Shown: positions 42,277 through 52,121 of the stretch, one piece after another | Position numbering within the stretch: position 1 is the stretch's first letter | How the letters are laid out: each line of letters starts with the position of its first letter | Source of the DNA: an uncultured delta proteobacterium | GTDB lineage: Bacteria; Desulfobacterota; Syntrophia; Syntrophales; UBA5619 | Length of the DNA stretch: 54,976 nucleotides | Reading direction: 5' to 3' | Assembly: GCA_963817385.1 (NCBI GenBank) | Contig: CAWFOM010000019.1 | Span: 1 to 54,976 of the forward strand | Position numbers and translations under genes: made by a program | Notes under the pieces: generated by a model | What the model was told of the DNA's origin: nothing | Databases searched by the model: none | Seen by the model: the letters and a program-made list of their open reading frames with translations, nothing else

Positions 42277-42389
42277 TTTTCGTTGACAGAGCGTCCCGCG
42301 TCGTCTAGTGTGTTCGCGACGCCGTTCTTTAGCATCGATCACGGATGGTTCGGCGCCGCATCACAGGAGAATTTTCCGAGGGTGAGTGG

Positions 42390-42920
42390 ATGGCGGAGGG
42401 AAATCCGGAGATCCTTTTTCCGAAAGAGGTCATTGAAGGGAGGGTCCGGGAACTCGCCGGGCAGATCTCCCGCGATTATGCCGGAAGGGAACTCCTGATC
42501 GTCGGGGTCCTCAACGGAGCGTTCATATTCATGGCCGACCTGATCCGCTCTCTTGACATACCCTGCTGTGTCGATTTCGTCCGGCTGGCGAGCTACGGTA
42601 GCTGTTCCACCAGTTCGGGGGAGGTCCGTATCACCAAGGATCTGGAGACGCCGATTAGGGGAAAGGATGTCCTCATCGTGGAGGATATCGTCGATACGGG
42701 CCTCACCCTTTCCCGGCTGGTGGAAGTGCTCCGGGGAAGGCGGCCGGAAACGCTTCGGGTCTGCGCCTTTCTGGACAAAACGGAGCGGAGGCTGGTTCCT
42801 TTCACGGCTGACTATGTGGGATTCCCCATCCCCGATTGTTTTGTGGTCGGATATGGACTTGATTATAATGAAAAATTCCGTTTTCTTCCGGATGTCTGCG
42901 TGCTTAGGGACATCGTTTGA
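42390..42920 (+). CDS. hpt: hypoxanthine phosphoribosyltransferase
   Basis: GVLNGAFIFMADL, VLIVEDIVDTGLTL, FVVGYGLDYNE. Confidence 0.97.
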   Translation: MAEGNPEILFPKEVIEGRVRELAGQISRDYAGRELLIVGVLNGAFIFMADLIRSLDIPCCVDFVRLASYGSCSTSSGEVRITKDLETPIRGKDVLIVEDIVDTGLTLSRLVEVLRGRRPETLRVCAFLDKTERRLVPFTADYVGFPIPDCFVVGYGLDYNEKFRFLPDVCVLRDIV

Positions 42921-42931
42921 GAGGGGGTCAT

Positions 42932-43942
42932 ATGATTATCCAGTGTCGAAAGTGTGAAACCCGGTTCCGGTTTGACGAGTCCCTGATCGAAGGGGATGGT
43001 GTTTGGGTTCGCTGCAGCCGCTGTCAGAATGTCTTTTTCGAGGAGCGGCCCGCCGGCGAAACCCCATCTTCCGCCGCCACCGGTGAAATTCCCTCGGTGA
43101 GGATCAGCGATGCCACTCGCACTCCGGATGACCGTTTCCCCCGTGTCGATGAACATCTGCCCCGGGCGGAGAGGGAGATGAGGGACGTTTTGCCGCCACG
43201 CCGTGCCGAGGGGGAGGAGGGAATTCCCGCCGAGATCGGGAAGGAGCCCGTCATCGAGGGGATCGAGGTGGGCATGGATGCCGAGGCTCTCGGCGGTACG
43301 ACCGTCGGGGGGGATGAGGTCGGGGAGGAGGATGAGGAGATCCTGGAGGACGAACCGGGACGGAGACGATGGGGTCGGATGATTCTGAAGATCGTGGCCC
43401 TTGTTGTATTCATTGTCCTGGTTGCGGGAGGCGTTTCCCTCTGGGTCTCCCCGGCGCTCCGAAGTCAAACCCTGGAGTGGGCATCTCCCTGGCTCCGGGA
43501 GATTCCCGGCATGGAAATGCTCCTCGGAACGGAAATGAAAAACCGTGATACCGTTCTGGCCCCGGTCCGCATCAAGGATGTGCGTCAGCGTTCCGTGACG
43601 AATCTTCTGGTGGGGACCCTCCGCGTGATCGAGGGCGTTGCCGTTAACCAGTCATCCGCCCCTCTGGCGAATATCAGGGTCCGCCTGGTTATCTCCGACG
43701 CTTATGACGTTCTTCTCGGGGAGAGGATCGTTTTCTGCGGCAATCTCCTGACCGATGCGGAGCTCAACACCCTCGCGGAAGCCGAGATCCAGCGGGAGCT
43801 CTCCACACCCCAGGGCACCGATGTCTCCAATCAGCGGATCGCGCCAAACGGTGAGATCCCCTTTATGATCGTCTTCAGTCAGGAGCAGGCCGGGGCGATC
43901 AAGACGGTGGTAATGCCTGCGGGCGCCGACAGCGTCCAATAG
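42932..43942 (+). CDS. zinc-ribbon (MJ0042-type) and DUF3426 domain membrane protein
   Basis: MIIQCRKCETRF...VRCSRCQNVF, acidic linker, one TM helix, C-terminal IAPNGEIPFMIVF. Confidence 0.88.
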   Translation: MIIQCRKCETRFRFDESLIEGDGVWVRCSRCQNVFFEERPAGETPSSAATGEIPSVRISDATRTPDDRFPRVDEHLPRAEREMRDVLPPRRAEGEEGIPAEIGKEPVIEGIEVGMDAEALGGTTVGGDEVGEEDEEILEDEPGRRRWGRMILKIVALVVFIVLVAGGVSLWVSPALRSQTLEWASPWLREIPGMEMLLGTEMKNRDTVLAPVRIKDVRQRSVTNLLVGTLRVIEGVAVNQSSAPLANIRVRLVISDAYDVLLGERIVFCGNLLTDAELNTLAEAEIQRELSTPQGTDVSNQRIAPNGEIPFMIVFSQEQAGAIKTVVMPAGADSVQ

Positions 43943-43944
43943 GA

Positions 43945-44592
43945 TCAGCGCGAGGGAATACCGCGGAGAGCGGCAATGATCTCTGTTCGGGAAACGACCC
44001 CCTCGCGGCGAACCAGGGGCGGAGATACGGTCACATCCAGGATCGTCGAGCCCAATCCTCCGGTCGTCTTTCCTCCATCGATAACCGCATCAAGGCTCTC
44101 CCCAAAGGCGTGTAGCACCTCCTCGGCAGTGGAGCATTCCCGCTCGCCCGAGAGATTGGCGCTCGTGGCCGTAAGCGGGCCGGCGAGCCTCTTTGCCAGC
44201 ATGCGGGCGATGGTGTGGCTGGAGACCCGGATGCCGATCTTACCGGTGCCCCCTGTGAGACGGGGTAAAACAGCGGTGGAGGCTCGCAAGAGCATGGTCA
44301 GCGGCCCAGGCCAGAATTTTTGCATGAGGATGTGCGCCGCCGGCGGCATCTCCTCGACGAGGAGGATCGCCGCTTGGTCGTTATCAACGATGACCGAGAT
44401 GGGGTTCCGAGCGTTTCGTCCCTTCAGATGGAAGATCTTTTCCACGGCCGCCTCCTGGCGCGCATCGGCGCCGAGGCCGTAGAAGGTCTCGGTAGGAAAG
44501 GCGACTACGCCTCCCCCGCGCAGGATTTTTACCGCTTCGGCGATGGTCTTTTCATCCGGGTCGCCGGGATCGATTTTCAATTGGACGGTCAT
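43945..44592 (-). CDS. tsaC: L-threonylcarbamoyladenylate synthase (TsaC/Sua5)
   Basis: VAFPTETFYGL, KGR, FWPGPLT, TSANLSG, STILD. Confidence 0.96.
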   Translation of the reverse strand: MTVQLKIDPGDPDEKTIAEAVKILRGGGVVAFPTETFYGLGADARQEAAVEKIFHLKGRNARNPISVIVDNDQAAILLVEEMPPAAHILMQKFWPGPLTMLLRASTAVLPRLTGGTGKIGIRVSSHTIARMLAKRLAGPLTATSANLSGERECSTAEEVLHAFGESLDAVIDGGKTTGGLGSTILDVTVSPPLVRREGVVSRTEIIAALRGIPSR

Positions 44593-45089
44593 TTCAGGTT
44601 TTCGTGCTTCCGTTCGACATCGCTGGCCATCTTACGGATGTACGCCTGGAGCTTCTTTTGGAGCCCTGCATCCTCCAAGGCCAGGATCCGGACGGCGAAG
44701 AGGGCCGCATTCTTCGCTCCCGCCTTGCCGATCGCCATTGTCGCCACGGGAATTCCCCCCGGCATCTGTACTGTGGCGAGGAGGGCGTCAAGCCCCTTGA
44801 GCGACGTCGCATCGATCGGTACCCCGATCACCGGGAGCACGGTCTGCGACGCGATGACTCCGGCCAGGTGCGCCGCAGCCCCGGCGCCGACGATGATGAT
44901 CTTGACCCCCCGTTTGGCCGCACCGCGCGCAAACGCCGCCGTCCTCTCCGGGGTCCGGTGGGCGGAGGTCAGGAAGAGCTCATGGGGAATCGCAAACTCC
45001 GTCAGGGTCTTGACGGACTCCTCCATGACCGGGAGATCGGAATCGCTCCCCATGACGACGCTGACGACAACCGCTGTTTTTTCCTGCAT
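44589..45089 (-). CDS. purE: N5-carboxyaminoimidazole ribonucleotide mutase
   Basis: VMGSDSDL, SAHRTP, GAGAAAHLAG, VQMPGGIPVAT. Confidence 0.98.
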   Translation of the reverse strand: MQEKTAVVVSVVMGSDSDLPVMEESVKTLTEFAIPHELFLTSAHRTPERTAAFARGAAKRGVKIIIVGAGAAAHLAGVIASQTVLPVIGVPIDATSLKGLDALLATVQMPGGIPVATMAIGKAGAKNAALFAVRILALEDAGLQKKLQAYIRKMASDVERKHENLK

Positions 45090-45122
45090 ACCCTCCACTC
45101 CTTTAAAGACATTCGAGTAATA

Positions 45123-45298
45123 GGAAAATCGGATCCCGTAGACACGCATTGGAGGTTTTTTCGGGGTACCCGGCCCCGCAGCGGAGTGTCCGCAAAGGCA
45201 ACTGTATGAGCACCGAAGGTGCGAGTTTTGCCTTTGCAACGCAGCGAGGAGGTGCCGGGTCGAAAAAAAGTCCCGCGCGCGGAGGGATACGATTTTCC
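45123..45298. repeat. long imperfect palindrome between purH and purE
   Basis: Nested arms GGAAAATCG/CGATTTTCC, TTTTTTCG..ACCCGGC/GCCGGGTCGAAAAAA, GCAAAGGCAA/TTGCCTTTGC, GCACC-GAA-GGTGC. Confidence 0.85.
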
Positions 45299-45310
45299 GT
45301 ACTGACGCGT

Positions 45311-46882
45311 CTAATGTTTGAAGTGCCGGACCCCCGTAAAGATCATCGCCATGCCGTGTTCGTCCGCGGCCTGGATCACCTCGTCGTCCTTCATCGACCC
45401 ACCCGGCTCGATGACCGCGGTGATCCCGGCCTCCGCGGCCATGTCGATTCCGTCCCGGAAGGGGAAGAAGGCGTCCGAGCCGAGGACGCAGCCTGCGGTC
45501 GGGAGGATGGCCTTCATCTTGGCGAGCTTGACCGAATCAACGCGGCTCGTCTGGCCCGCCCCGACGCCTACCAGTTGGTCCTTCGTCGTATAGACGATGG
45601 CGTTGGACTTGACGTGCTTGACGACACGCCAGGCAAAGTCGAGCGCCTGGTACTCGGCCTCCGTCGGGACCCGTTTGGTGACAACCTTCGCTTTGCGGAT
45701 GTCGAGATCGTCCATATCCCGATCCTGGATGAGCAGACCGCCCATAACCCGCCGGAAGTCATAGCCGGCGGTGCGTTTGCTGCACGCGGCCGGGATCTCG
45801 AGCACCCGGACGTTCTTTTTTGTTCCGAGAAGCTCCAGCGCGTCCGCGGTAAAGCCGGGGGCAATGATCACCTCGAAGAAGGTCTTGACCAGCTCCTCCG
45901 CCGTCTTTCTATCCACCGGCCGGTTCAGAGCGACAATCCCGCCGAAGGCCGAGACCGGATCGCCGGCGATCGCCCGCCGGAACGCCTCGGCCATGTCGCC
46001 ATCGGAGGTGGCCGCGCAGCAGGGGTTGGCGTGCTTGATGATGACGACGCCCGGCAGGGGGATGTCGGAGACGATCTGCCAGGCCGCGTCGCTGTCCATG
46101 ATGTTATTGTAGGAGAGTTCCTTCCCCTGGAGCTGCCGCGCGTTGGAGAGGGCCGAGAGCTGCGGGTCCCGCTCGCGATAGAAGGCGGCCTTCTGATGGG
46201 GATTCTCACCGTAGCGGAGATCCTGCGCCTTGGCGAACTGGCAGGAGAAGGTGTCGGGGAATTCCCTTCTTTCCGTACTTCCTCCGATGAGCAGACCGAG
46301 GTGGTTGGAGATGGCGCCGTCGTAACGGGCCGTGAGCTGGAAGGTCTTTTTCGCCAGTTCGAAATTGGTCGCTTCCGAGATCTTGCCCCCCGTTTCCTTC
46401 ATCTCCACGATGATCCTCGGGTAGTCTTCCGGATCGGTCACGACGGAGACGAAGCGGTAGTTCTTGGACGCCGCGCGGAGCATCGTCGGACCGCCGATAT
46501 CGATGTTTTCGATGGCGTGCTCCAGGGTGCATCCCTCCTTGGCGACGGTGTCCTCGAAGCGGTAAAGGTTGATGATGACCATGTCGATCAGATTGATCTG
46601 GTGATCCCGGAGTGACTGCATGTGGGACTCGTTATCCCTCAGCGCAAGAAGACCGCCGTGGATCTTCGGATGGAGGGTTTTCAACCTTCCGTCCATCATC
46701 TCCGGAAAACCGGTATAGTCGGAAACGTCGGTTACCGGGACTCCGCTTTTTCTCAGCTGTGCCGCCGTTCCGCCGGTGGAGAGGATCTCCGCGCCGAAGA
46801 TTCGAAGTTCCCGGGCGAATTCGACGATCCCTTGTTTGTCCGTTACGCTGATCAGTACCCTTTTAATGTCGTTCAGGTGCAT
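45311..46882 (-). CDS. purH: bifunctional AICAR transformylase/IMP cyclohydrolase
   Basis: [48 protein letters not shown]. Confidence 0.99.
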   Translation of the reverse strand: MHLNDIKRVLISVTDKQGIVEFARELRIFGAEILSTGGTAAQLRKSGVPVTDVSDYTGFPEMMDGRLKTLHPKIHGGLLALRDNESHMQSLRDHQINLIDMVIINLYRFEDTVAKEGCTLEHAIENIDIGGPTMLRAASKNYRFVSVVTDPEDYPRIIVEMKETGGKISEATNFELAKKTFQLTARYDGAISNHLGLLIGGSTERREFPDTFSCQFAKAQDLRYGENPHQKAAFYRERDPQLSALSNARQLQGKELSYNNIMDSDAAWQIVSDIPLPGVVIIKHANPCCAATSDGDMAEAFRRAIAGDPVSAFGGIVALNRPVDRKTAEELVKTFFEVIIAPGFTADALELLGTKKNVRVLEIPAACSKRTAGYDFRRVMGGLLIQDRDMDDLDIRKAKVVTKRVPTEAEYQALDFAWRVVKHVKSNAIVYTTKDQLVGVGAGQTSRVDSVKLAKMKAILPTAGCVLGSDAFFPFRDGIDMAAEAGITAVIEPGGSMKDDEVIQAADEHGMAMIFTGVRHFKH

Positions 46883-48231
46883 GTTACTCTCCTCGTATGA
46901 ATTAGTTCTTCTCTGAGTCTCTGCATGTGGTGAATCCTTTTCAGGATGAGCGGCTCGGTGCCGATGTCCGGCCGGTGGTCCACGGGACCCCGGATGGCGG
47001 AGACGGCCCCTTCGGCGATCCGTTCCGCCTCCGCCAGGTCTTCGGCGATGCCCACGACGCCGATCGCCCGGGACGAGGTCATATACAGCCCATCCGACTT
47101 CTGGTCTATGGATGAATAGTAGAGCCGCGCCCCCCGTACATCGCCGATCTCGATCCGGGATGAGATGGATGCGGCATCGGGGTGGTCCTGGGGAAGGCCG
47201 TAGCCTTTCGGGACGACATATTTGCATACCGTCGCCTTTTTTTCAAATACTATCTCGATGCGGTCGAGGGTGCCGTCGATGATCGCCCGGCAGACGTCGA
47301 TGAAGTCGGTCTTGAGAAGGGGGAGGATATTCATCGCCTCCGGATCGCCGAAACGGGCGTTGTATTCGATCAGTTTTACGCCCTCTGCGGTGACGATGAA
47401 TCCGCCATACATGATCCCCTTGTAGGGAACTCCCATTTCCCGGCGGATCGCGTCGGCGACCTTGCGGGTGATCTCCAGTCCCTCCGCTACGGAAGAGGCT
47501 TCGAGGAAGGGGAGGAGGTGGTCTGGACAGGAGTAGGATCCCATCCCGCCCGTGTTCGGGCCGCGGTCATCGGCGAAGCGCCTCTTGTGGTCCTGAACCG
47601 GCGGGGTCATGACAACCGTACGCCCGTCGCAGAGGCACTGCAGGGAGAATTCTTCACCCTCCAGCTTTTCCTCCACGGTCACGCTGGGGTGGCTCTTGAG
47701 GATTTCGCGGCAGTGGGCGAGGGCCTCGCCCCGTGTCTGAAAATGGTCACCCTGGACGAGGACCCCCTTGCCACCGGTCAGACCGTCCGGCTTGAGGACG
47801 ATGCCGGCGAGTTTGTCGAAGAAGGCTTCGATGCCGGCAAGTGAGGTGAAATTGCGGAATAGTGGATTTCCCGGGATACCGTATTTATCCAGCAGGTTCC
47901 TCGTGAAGGACTTCGACGTTTCCAGCCGGGCCAGCGCCCTGGTCGGTCCGATCGCCGGGATCCCCGCTGCCGTGAGCGCATCCACGATACCGTGGCTGAG
48001 GGGATCCTCGGGGCCAATAACGGCAAATGCGATTCCCGCCTCCCTGGCAAAGGCGATCATCGCTTCAGGATCGTCGTACCGGCCGATCCTGACCTCCTCC
48101 GAAAGGGAGGCGATGCCGGGATTGTTGGTTTTCATAAATGCATAGAGTCGGGGATTCCGACCCGAGCGCATGAGCGCCTCGGCTATCGCATGCTCACGGG
48201 CGCCGTTGCCGATGAGAAGGACATTGATCAT
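46873..48231 (-). CDS. purD: phosphoribosylamine--glycine ligase
   Basis: IGNGAREHAI, GPEDPL, KPDGLTGGKGV, QDHKR, GPNTGGMG, EYNARFGDPE. Confidence 0.98.
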   Translation of the reverse strand: MINVLLIGNGAREHAIAEALMRSGRNPRLYAFMKTNNPGIASLSEEVRIGRYDDPEAMIAFAREAGIAFAVIGPEDPLSHGIVDALTAAGIPAIGPTRALARLETSKSFTRNLLDKYGIPGNPLFRNFTSLAGIEAFFDKLAGIVLKPDGLTGGKGVLVQGDHFQTRGEALAHCREILKSHPSVTVEEKLEGEEFSLQCLCDGRTVVMTPPVQDHKRRFADDRGPNTGGMGSYSCPDHLLPFLEASSVAEGLEITRKVADAIRREMGVPYKGIMYGGFIVTAEGVKLIEYNARFGDPEAMNILPLLKTDFIDVCRAIIDGTLDRIEIVFEKKATVCKYVVPKGYGLPQDHPDAASISSRIEIGDVRGARLYYSSIDQKSDGLYMTSSRAIGVVGIAEDLAEAERIAEGAVSAIRGPVDHRPDIGTEPLILKRIHHMQRLREELIHTRRVTCT

Positions 48232-48458
48232 GAAGGTCTCCTTCCACTACTAACTTTCGAGTGTGGCCCACACATATCGAAAAAAAAGGATGGAGTCAAA
48301 CAAATCCGAAAGCCGGAGGCAAAAGACAAATCGGTTGTCTTTTCCTGATGGGATCTGATAAGTTTCCCTCTGTTTCGTCGTCGCCGATGACGTGCAGAGG
48401 GGAAGACAATATAGTGGGGAAGATGAGAAGCGCAAAAGAGACGAGAATAAGGGGGGAC

Positions 48459-49235
48459 ATGAGCGGAAAAAGCGATGCCGGGGCAGGGGTACAGGAGGGA
48501 TTCTGGACGATAATCCTCGCGGCGGGCAAGGGAAAGCGGATGAAATCCGATCTGGCGAAGGTGCTCCATCCCGTCGGCGGGATTCCCATGCTGACCCATC
48601 CGGTTGCAGCGGCCCGCGCGGCGGGATCAAGGAACATTGTAGTGGTGATCGGCCATCAGGCGGCGCGGATCCGCCGGCTCTTCGGGAAGGATGATCTGAT
48701 CTTTGTGGAACAGCGCGATCAGTTGGGTACGGGGCATGCCGTTTTACAGACCCGGGAGGTTTTCCGGGAGTATGAAGGCACGATCGTCATCCTCTGCGGT
48801 GATGTGCCGTTGATCCTGCCGGAGACGGTACGGTTGCTTCATGACCGCCATCGATCGGAAAGGGCAACGGTGACCGTCCTGACGACCATCCCTGCGGAGC
48901 CCGCCGGTTACGGCCGGATAGTCAAAGCAAATGACGGCGCTCTCCTGAGGATCGTTGAAGATAAGGATGCCTCGCCAAATGAGAAACAGATCCGCGAGAT
49001 CAACACCGGGATTTATTGCGTGGAGAGCCGCTTTCTCTTCACCGCGCTTGCCGGCCTCGGGAACCGCAATGTCCAGAGGGAATACTACCTGACTGATATC
49101 GTTGAAATTGCTTCGAGGAAGGGCCTGCGGGTGACGTCAGCCCTGGCGGCTGATCCGATGGAGGTTATGGGGATCAACACACCCGAAGAGCTGGAGATGG
49201 CAGATCGCCGGTTGGGGATGCGGGGTCTCCGGTGA
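48459..49235 (+). CDS. stand-alone GlmU N-terminal (uridyltransferase) domain protein
   Basis: ILAAGKGKRMKSDLAKVLH, QLGTGHAV, GDVPLI, GYGRIV, EINTGIY, EYYLTD, GIN; ends without hexapeptide repeats. Confidence 0.9.
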   Translation: MSGKSDAGAGVQEGFWTIILAAGKGKRMKSDLAKVLHPVGGIPMLTHPVAAARAAGSRNIVVVIGHQAARIRRLFGKDDLIFVEQRDQLGTGHAVLQTREVFREYEGTIVILCGDVPLILPETVRLLHDRHRSERATVTVLTTIPAEPAGYGRIVKANDGALLRIVEDKDASPNEKQIREINTGIYCVESRFLFTALAGLGNRNVQREYYLTDIVEIASRKGLRVTSALAADPMEVMGINTPEELEMADRRLGMRGLR

Positions 49236-49278
49236 TGTGTTTTCCGGGGAACGTCTTTCCATATTTAAGGATGGGATC

Positions 49279-50259
49279 ATGCAGATCGGCAGATTATCGC
49301 TGAAGAACGACATTATTCTCGCCCCGATGGCGGGCATTACCGATCTACCGTTTCGGACGATCGTCCGTGAATTCGGCTGCGGCATGGCCTTTACCGAGAT
49401 GGTCAGTGCCAGCGGCCTCATCCGGGGGACGGGAAAGACCTGCCGTTACCTTGATTCGTCACCTGCCGACAGTCCGCTCGGGGTTCAGCTCTTCGGCTCC
49501 GATTCACCGACGCTGGCGGCGGCGGCGGCGATAGCAGCTGAGAAAGGGGCTGACCTTATCGACGTGAATATGGGCTGCCCGGTAAAAAAAGTGATCAAGA
49601 CCGGTTCGGGGGCGGCGCTGATGCGCGATCCTGGGCGGGCGGCTGCTATCTTGATTGCGATGCGGAGAGCGACCGATCTTCCCCTGACGGTCAAGATCCG
49701 CGCCGGATGGCGCCGCCGGGAAACAAACGCCCTTGATATCGGACGTATCGCCGAAGAATGCGGTGTGGACGCCGTGATCCTCCACCCACGTACGGTTGAC
49801 CAAGGCTTCGGTGGCGTGTCGGACTGGGGGTTGATTTCTACGCTCAAAGCGCAACTGAGGATCCCCGTGATCGGGAGTGGCGATGTCCACGGGCCTGAGG
49901 ATGCGGCCAGGATGTTCCGGGAGACCGGCTGTGACGGAGTAATGGTGGGGAGGGGGGCTCTGGGGAATCCCTGGATCATCAGAAATATCCTCACCCATTT
50001 GGCCGGCGGTGCCGTTTCCCCGCCATCCCTTGCGGACAGAGAAGAAGCCATCCGGCATCATCTGGCGCTGGCCATCGATTATTACGGAGAGAAGGTTGGA
50101 ACCCGGGACTTTCGGAAACATCTCCTCTGGTATACGAAAGGTCTGCGCGGGAGCGCCCAGTTCCGTGAGATGGCAGGAAAAATCACCGATCAGTCTGCGG
50201 CCTGGGAGGCCCTGCAGGACTATTTTCAATGCTTGGTGCGGACCATCGAAGCACATTGA
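49279..50259 (+). CDS. dusB: tRNA-dihydrouridine synthase B
   Basis: LAPMAGITD, IDVNMGCP, VKIRAGW, DGVMVGRG, RKHLLWY. Confidence 0.96.
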   Translation: MQIGRLSLKNDIILAPMAGITDLPFRTIVREFGCGMAFTEMVSASGLIRGTGKTCRYLDSSPADSPLGVQLFGSDSPTLAAAAAIAAEKGADLIDVNMGCPVKKVIKTGSGAALMRDPGRAAAILIAMRRATDLPLTVKIRAGWRRRETNALDIGRIAEECGVDAVILHPRTVDQGFGGVSDWGLISTLKAQLRIPVIGSGDVHGPEDAARMFRETGCDGVMVGRGALGNPWIIRNILTHLAGGAVSPPSLADREEAIRHHLALAIDYYGEKVGTRDFRKHLLWYTKGLRGSAQFREMAGKITDQSAAWEALQDYFQCLVRTIEAH

Positions 50260-50296
50260 ATCTGCCGGCGAATTCAAACGAAGGAGGTCATCCCTG

Positions 50297-50406
50297 TAAG
50301 AATCGAATATTTTCCGCGACTTGCTGCGGAGAGCTCAATCCCGGAACGAGTGTATTACCCGCGGCTTGCCGCAGGGTAAGCGAGCGAGAATATAATGGTC
50401 TGTTCC
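50297..50406. repeat. paired REP-like palindromes, same family as 37535..37635
   Basis: TTTCCGCGAC-TT-GCTGCGGAGA and TTACCCGCGGC-TT-GCCGCAGGGTAA followed by GCGAGC...TGTTCC. Confidence 0.75.
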
Positions 50407-50418
50407 TTCAGGCTCACC

Positions 50419-51749
50419 CTATTGCCTCATAAATAAATGTTACCGAAGAGGGAGAGATTTTGGGTAACGATGCCTCATAAAAGATGTTACCGAGGTTTGT
50501 TGTTGATGGAGAAGATGTTTTTCAATTTCTTATCCATGGTTTTTCTTAGCAGGAATGGGTTGAGGTTTTCAAGTAGTTTGGTGAGGGAACGTTTTACTGA
50601 TTCGGTGATATGTGGAGATCCCATAGTTCTCTGATAAGGGGTTTTGGGAGGATCATGGCGTTTGATGGTTTTGGAGCCGATCCTTTCTTTGGCGATGAGT
50701 TTTACGGAGGGGCAGAAGAAGTTATGGAAGAGTCTCCATTCCTTGGTAGAGAGGTTGTTGAGGGGGGCGACGACACCGGGATTATCTAAGCGATCGTAGC
50801 CGAGCCACTGTCTGACGTGAGTCCAGTTCTTCTGTTCCACATGGGCGTTATCATCTTTGTGATAGGATCTACTTCTGGTGAACTGGACGGGCTGTTTTCG
50901 GTTGGTGAAGTGCCTGAAGAGATGATCGTTGAGGAACTCGCCGCCGTTATCGCAATCAAAGCCGCGGATGGGGAACGGGAGGTTTTTTTCGATATGCTGG
51001 ATTTGTTCCAGGACACCCGTTTGGCCTTTTCCCCATACTGCCCGTTGTTCAGTCCAGCCGGTAGCGATATCGACGAAGTCAATGGTATTGGCGTACATTC
51101 CTTGGGTGGAATCGCCGCAATGAGCAACGGTATCGGCTTCGAGGAATCCCGGACGTGATTCATCCCATTGATTGGTGTTGATGGGGATTTGTTTTCGTAG
51201 CAGTGTGCCTGGTTTTGTGGTGCTTTTGCCCCTTCTGGGGTAATGGATGCGGATCGGTTTGAGAACCCTGTCAATGGTTGGAGGGGAGATATTCAGCAAG
51301 GCACTGATGACCTCTGGAGGGAGTTTTCCGAACATTTCAATATATCCGGGCAGCCAGATCGGCAGCATGACTTTGAGCCGTTTTGAACAGGGAAGATTTG
51401 CCGCAAGCCAGATTTTTTTCATGGGATTAATGATCGCCTCGTTCCGATAAACAGATGGTTTCCCTCTTTTCTTTGCCTTTGGTTTGGTGAAGCGTTTGAA
51501 TCTTTTAAGGACTCTGATGGCATGTTTGCGGTGACATCCACAGGTGGCGCAGAATTCATTGAGGATTGCCGTTTTCTCCAGACGGGTTGCATTTTTATAC
51601 CGCAAATAGACTGTTTCCCGATACTCTCGTTTGGATCGTGGACTCATACGTATCCCTCCTTGAGAAGGCGATGTTCGGTAACATCGAATTATGAGTCAAC
51701 GTTCCTCTTTTAACCCCTCCTTGGGTAACATTTAATGTGAGGCAATTCG
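50419..51749 (-). mobile_element. insertion sequence with DDE (rve-type) transposase, two repeats per end and a candidate 5-bp target duplication
   Basis: Ends CTATTGCCTCATAAATAAATGTTACC and (reverse complement) CGAATTGCCTCACATTAAATGTTACC; inner repeats at 50468-50493 and 51675-51701; TCACC at 50414-50418 and 51750-51754. Confidence 0.88.
50487..51647 (-). CDS. transposase, integrase core (DDE) domain, ISNCY-like
   Basis: PGFLEADTVAHCG, FDCDNGGEFLN, FTRSRSYHKDDNAHVEQKN; AAGGAGG RBS. Confidence 0.93.
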   Translation of the reverse strand: MSPRSKREYRETVYLRYKNATRLEKTAILNEFCATCGCHRKHAIRVLKRFKRFTKPKAKKRGKPSVYRNEAIINPMKKIWLAANLPCSKRLKVMLPIWLPGYIEMFGKLPPEVISALLNISPPTIDRVLKPIRIHYPRRGKSTTKPGTLLRKQIPINTNQWDESRPGFLEADTVAHCGDSTQGMYANTIDFVDIATGWTEQRAVWGKGQTGVLEQIQHIEKNLPFPIRGFDCDNGGEFLNDHLFRHFTNRKQPVQFTRSRSYHKDDNAHVEQKNWTHVRQWLGYDRLDNPGVVAPLNNLSTKEWRLFHNFFCPSVKLIAKERIGSKTIKRHDPPKTPYQRTMGSPHITESVKRSLTKLLENLNPFLLRKTMDKKLKNIFSINNKPR

Positions 51750-51764
51750 TCACCAAATAAGGTC

Positions 51765-51793
51765 TTGACTTTCATGGGTCAAGTCGTCATAAT
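51765..51793 (+). promoter_or_regulatory. sigma70 promoter of zapB-zapA
   Basis: TTGACT-17 nt-CATAAT. Confidence 0.6.
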
Positions 51794-51870
51794 CGAGGCC
51801 AAATTTCATCCTGCCAGGATCTGTTTCGGGCGAATATTCAGGCTTCAACCTGGCGGGAAAGACGGGGGGA

Positions 51871-52101
51871 ATGGTGGAATTTCTGAAGTTTGATGAGTTG
51901 GAGAAGAAGATCAATGGCCTGATCGAGGACTATGCATTACTGAAGAAGAGGAATCTGGAGTTGGAAGGGCTGTTGCAAAATAAAACTATGGAGCTTGAAG
52001 AAGCAAACAAAAAAATGGGAGGGTTGAAGGAAGAACGGGATGCCGTACGCACAAAAGTGGACTCGCTTCTTGATTTGCTTCAGGAGATAAAGGTGCCTTA
52101 A
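51871..52101 (+). CDS. zapB: ZapB-like coiled-coil protein
   Basis: FDELEKKINGLI...LKEERDAVRTKVDSLL; directly upstream of zapA. Confidence 0.75.
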   Translation: MVEFLKFDELEKKINGLIEDYALLKKRNLELEGLLQNKTMELEEANKKMGGLKEERDAVRTKVDSLLDLLQEIKVP

Positions 52102-52121
52102 ACAAACCGAGGGGTCGTCCA

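Noticed and set aside
48232..48458. Purine, ZTP or PRPP riboswitch upstream of purD
   Set aside because: Only generic hairpins; no conserved aptamer motifs recognised.
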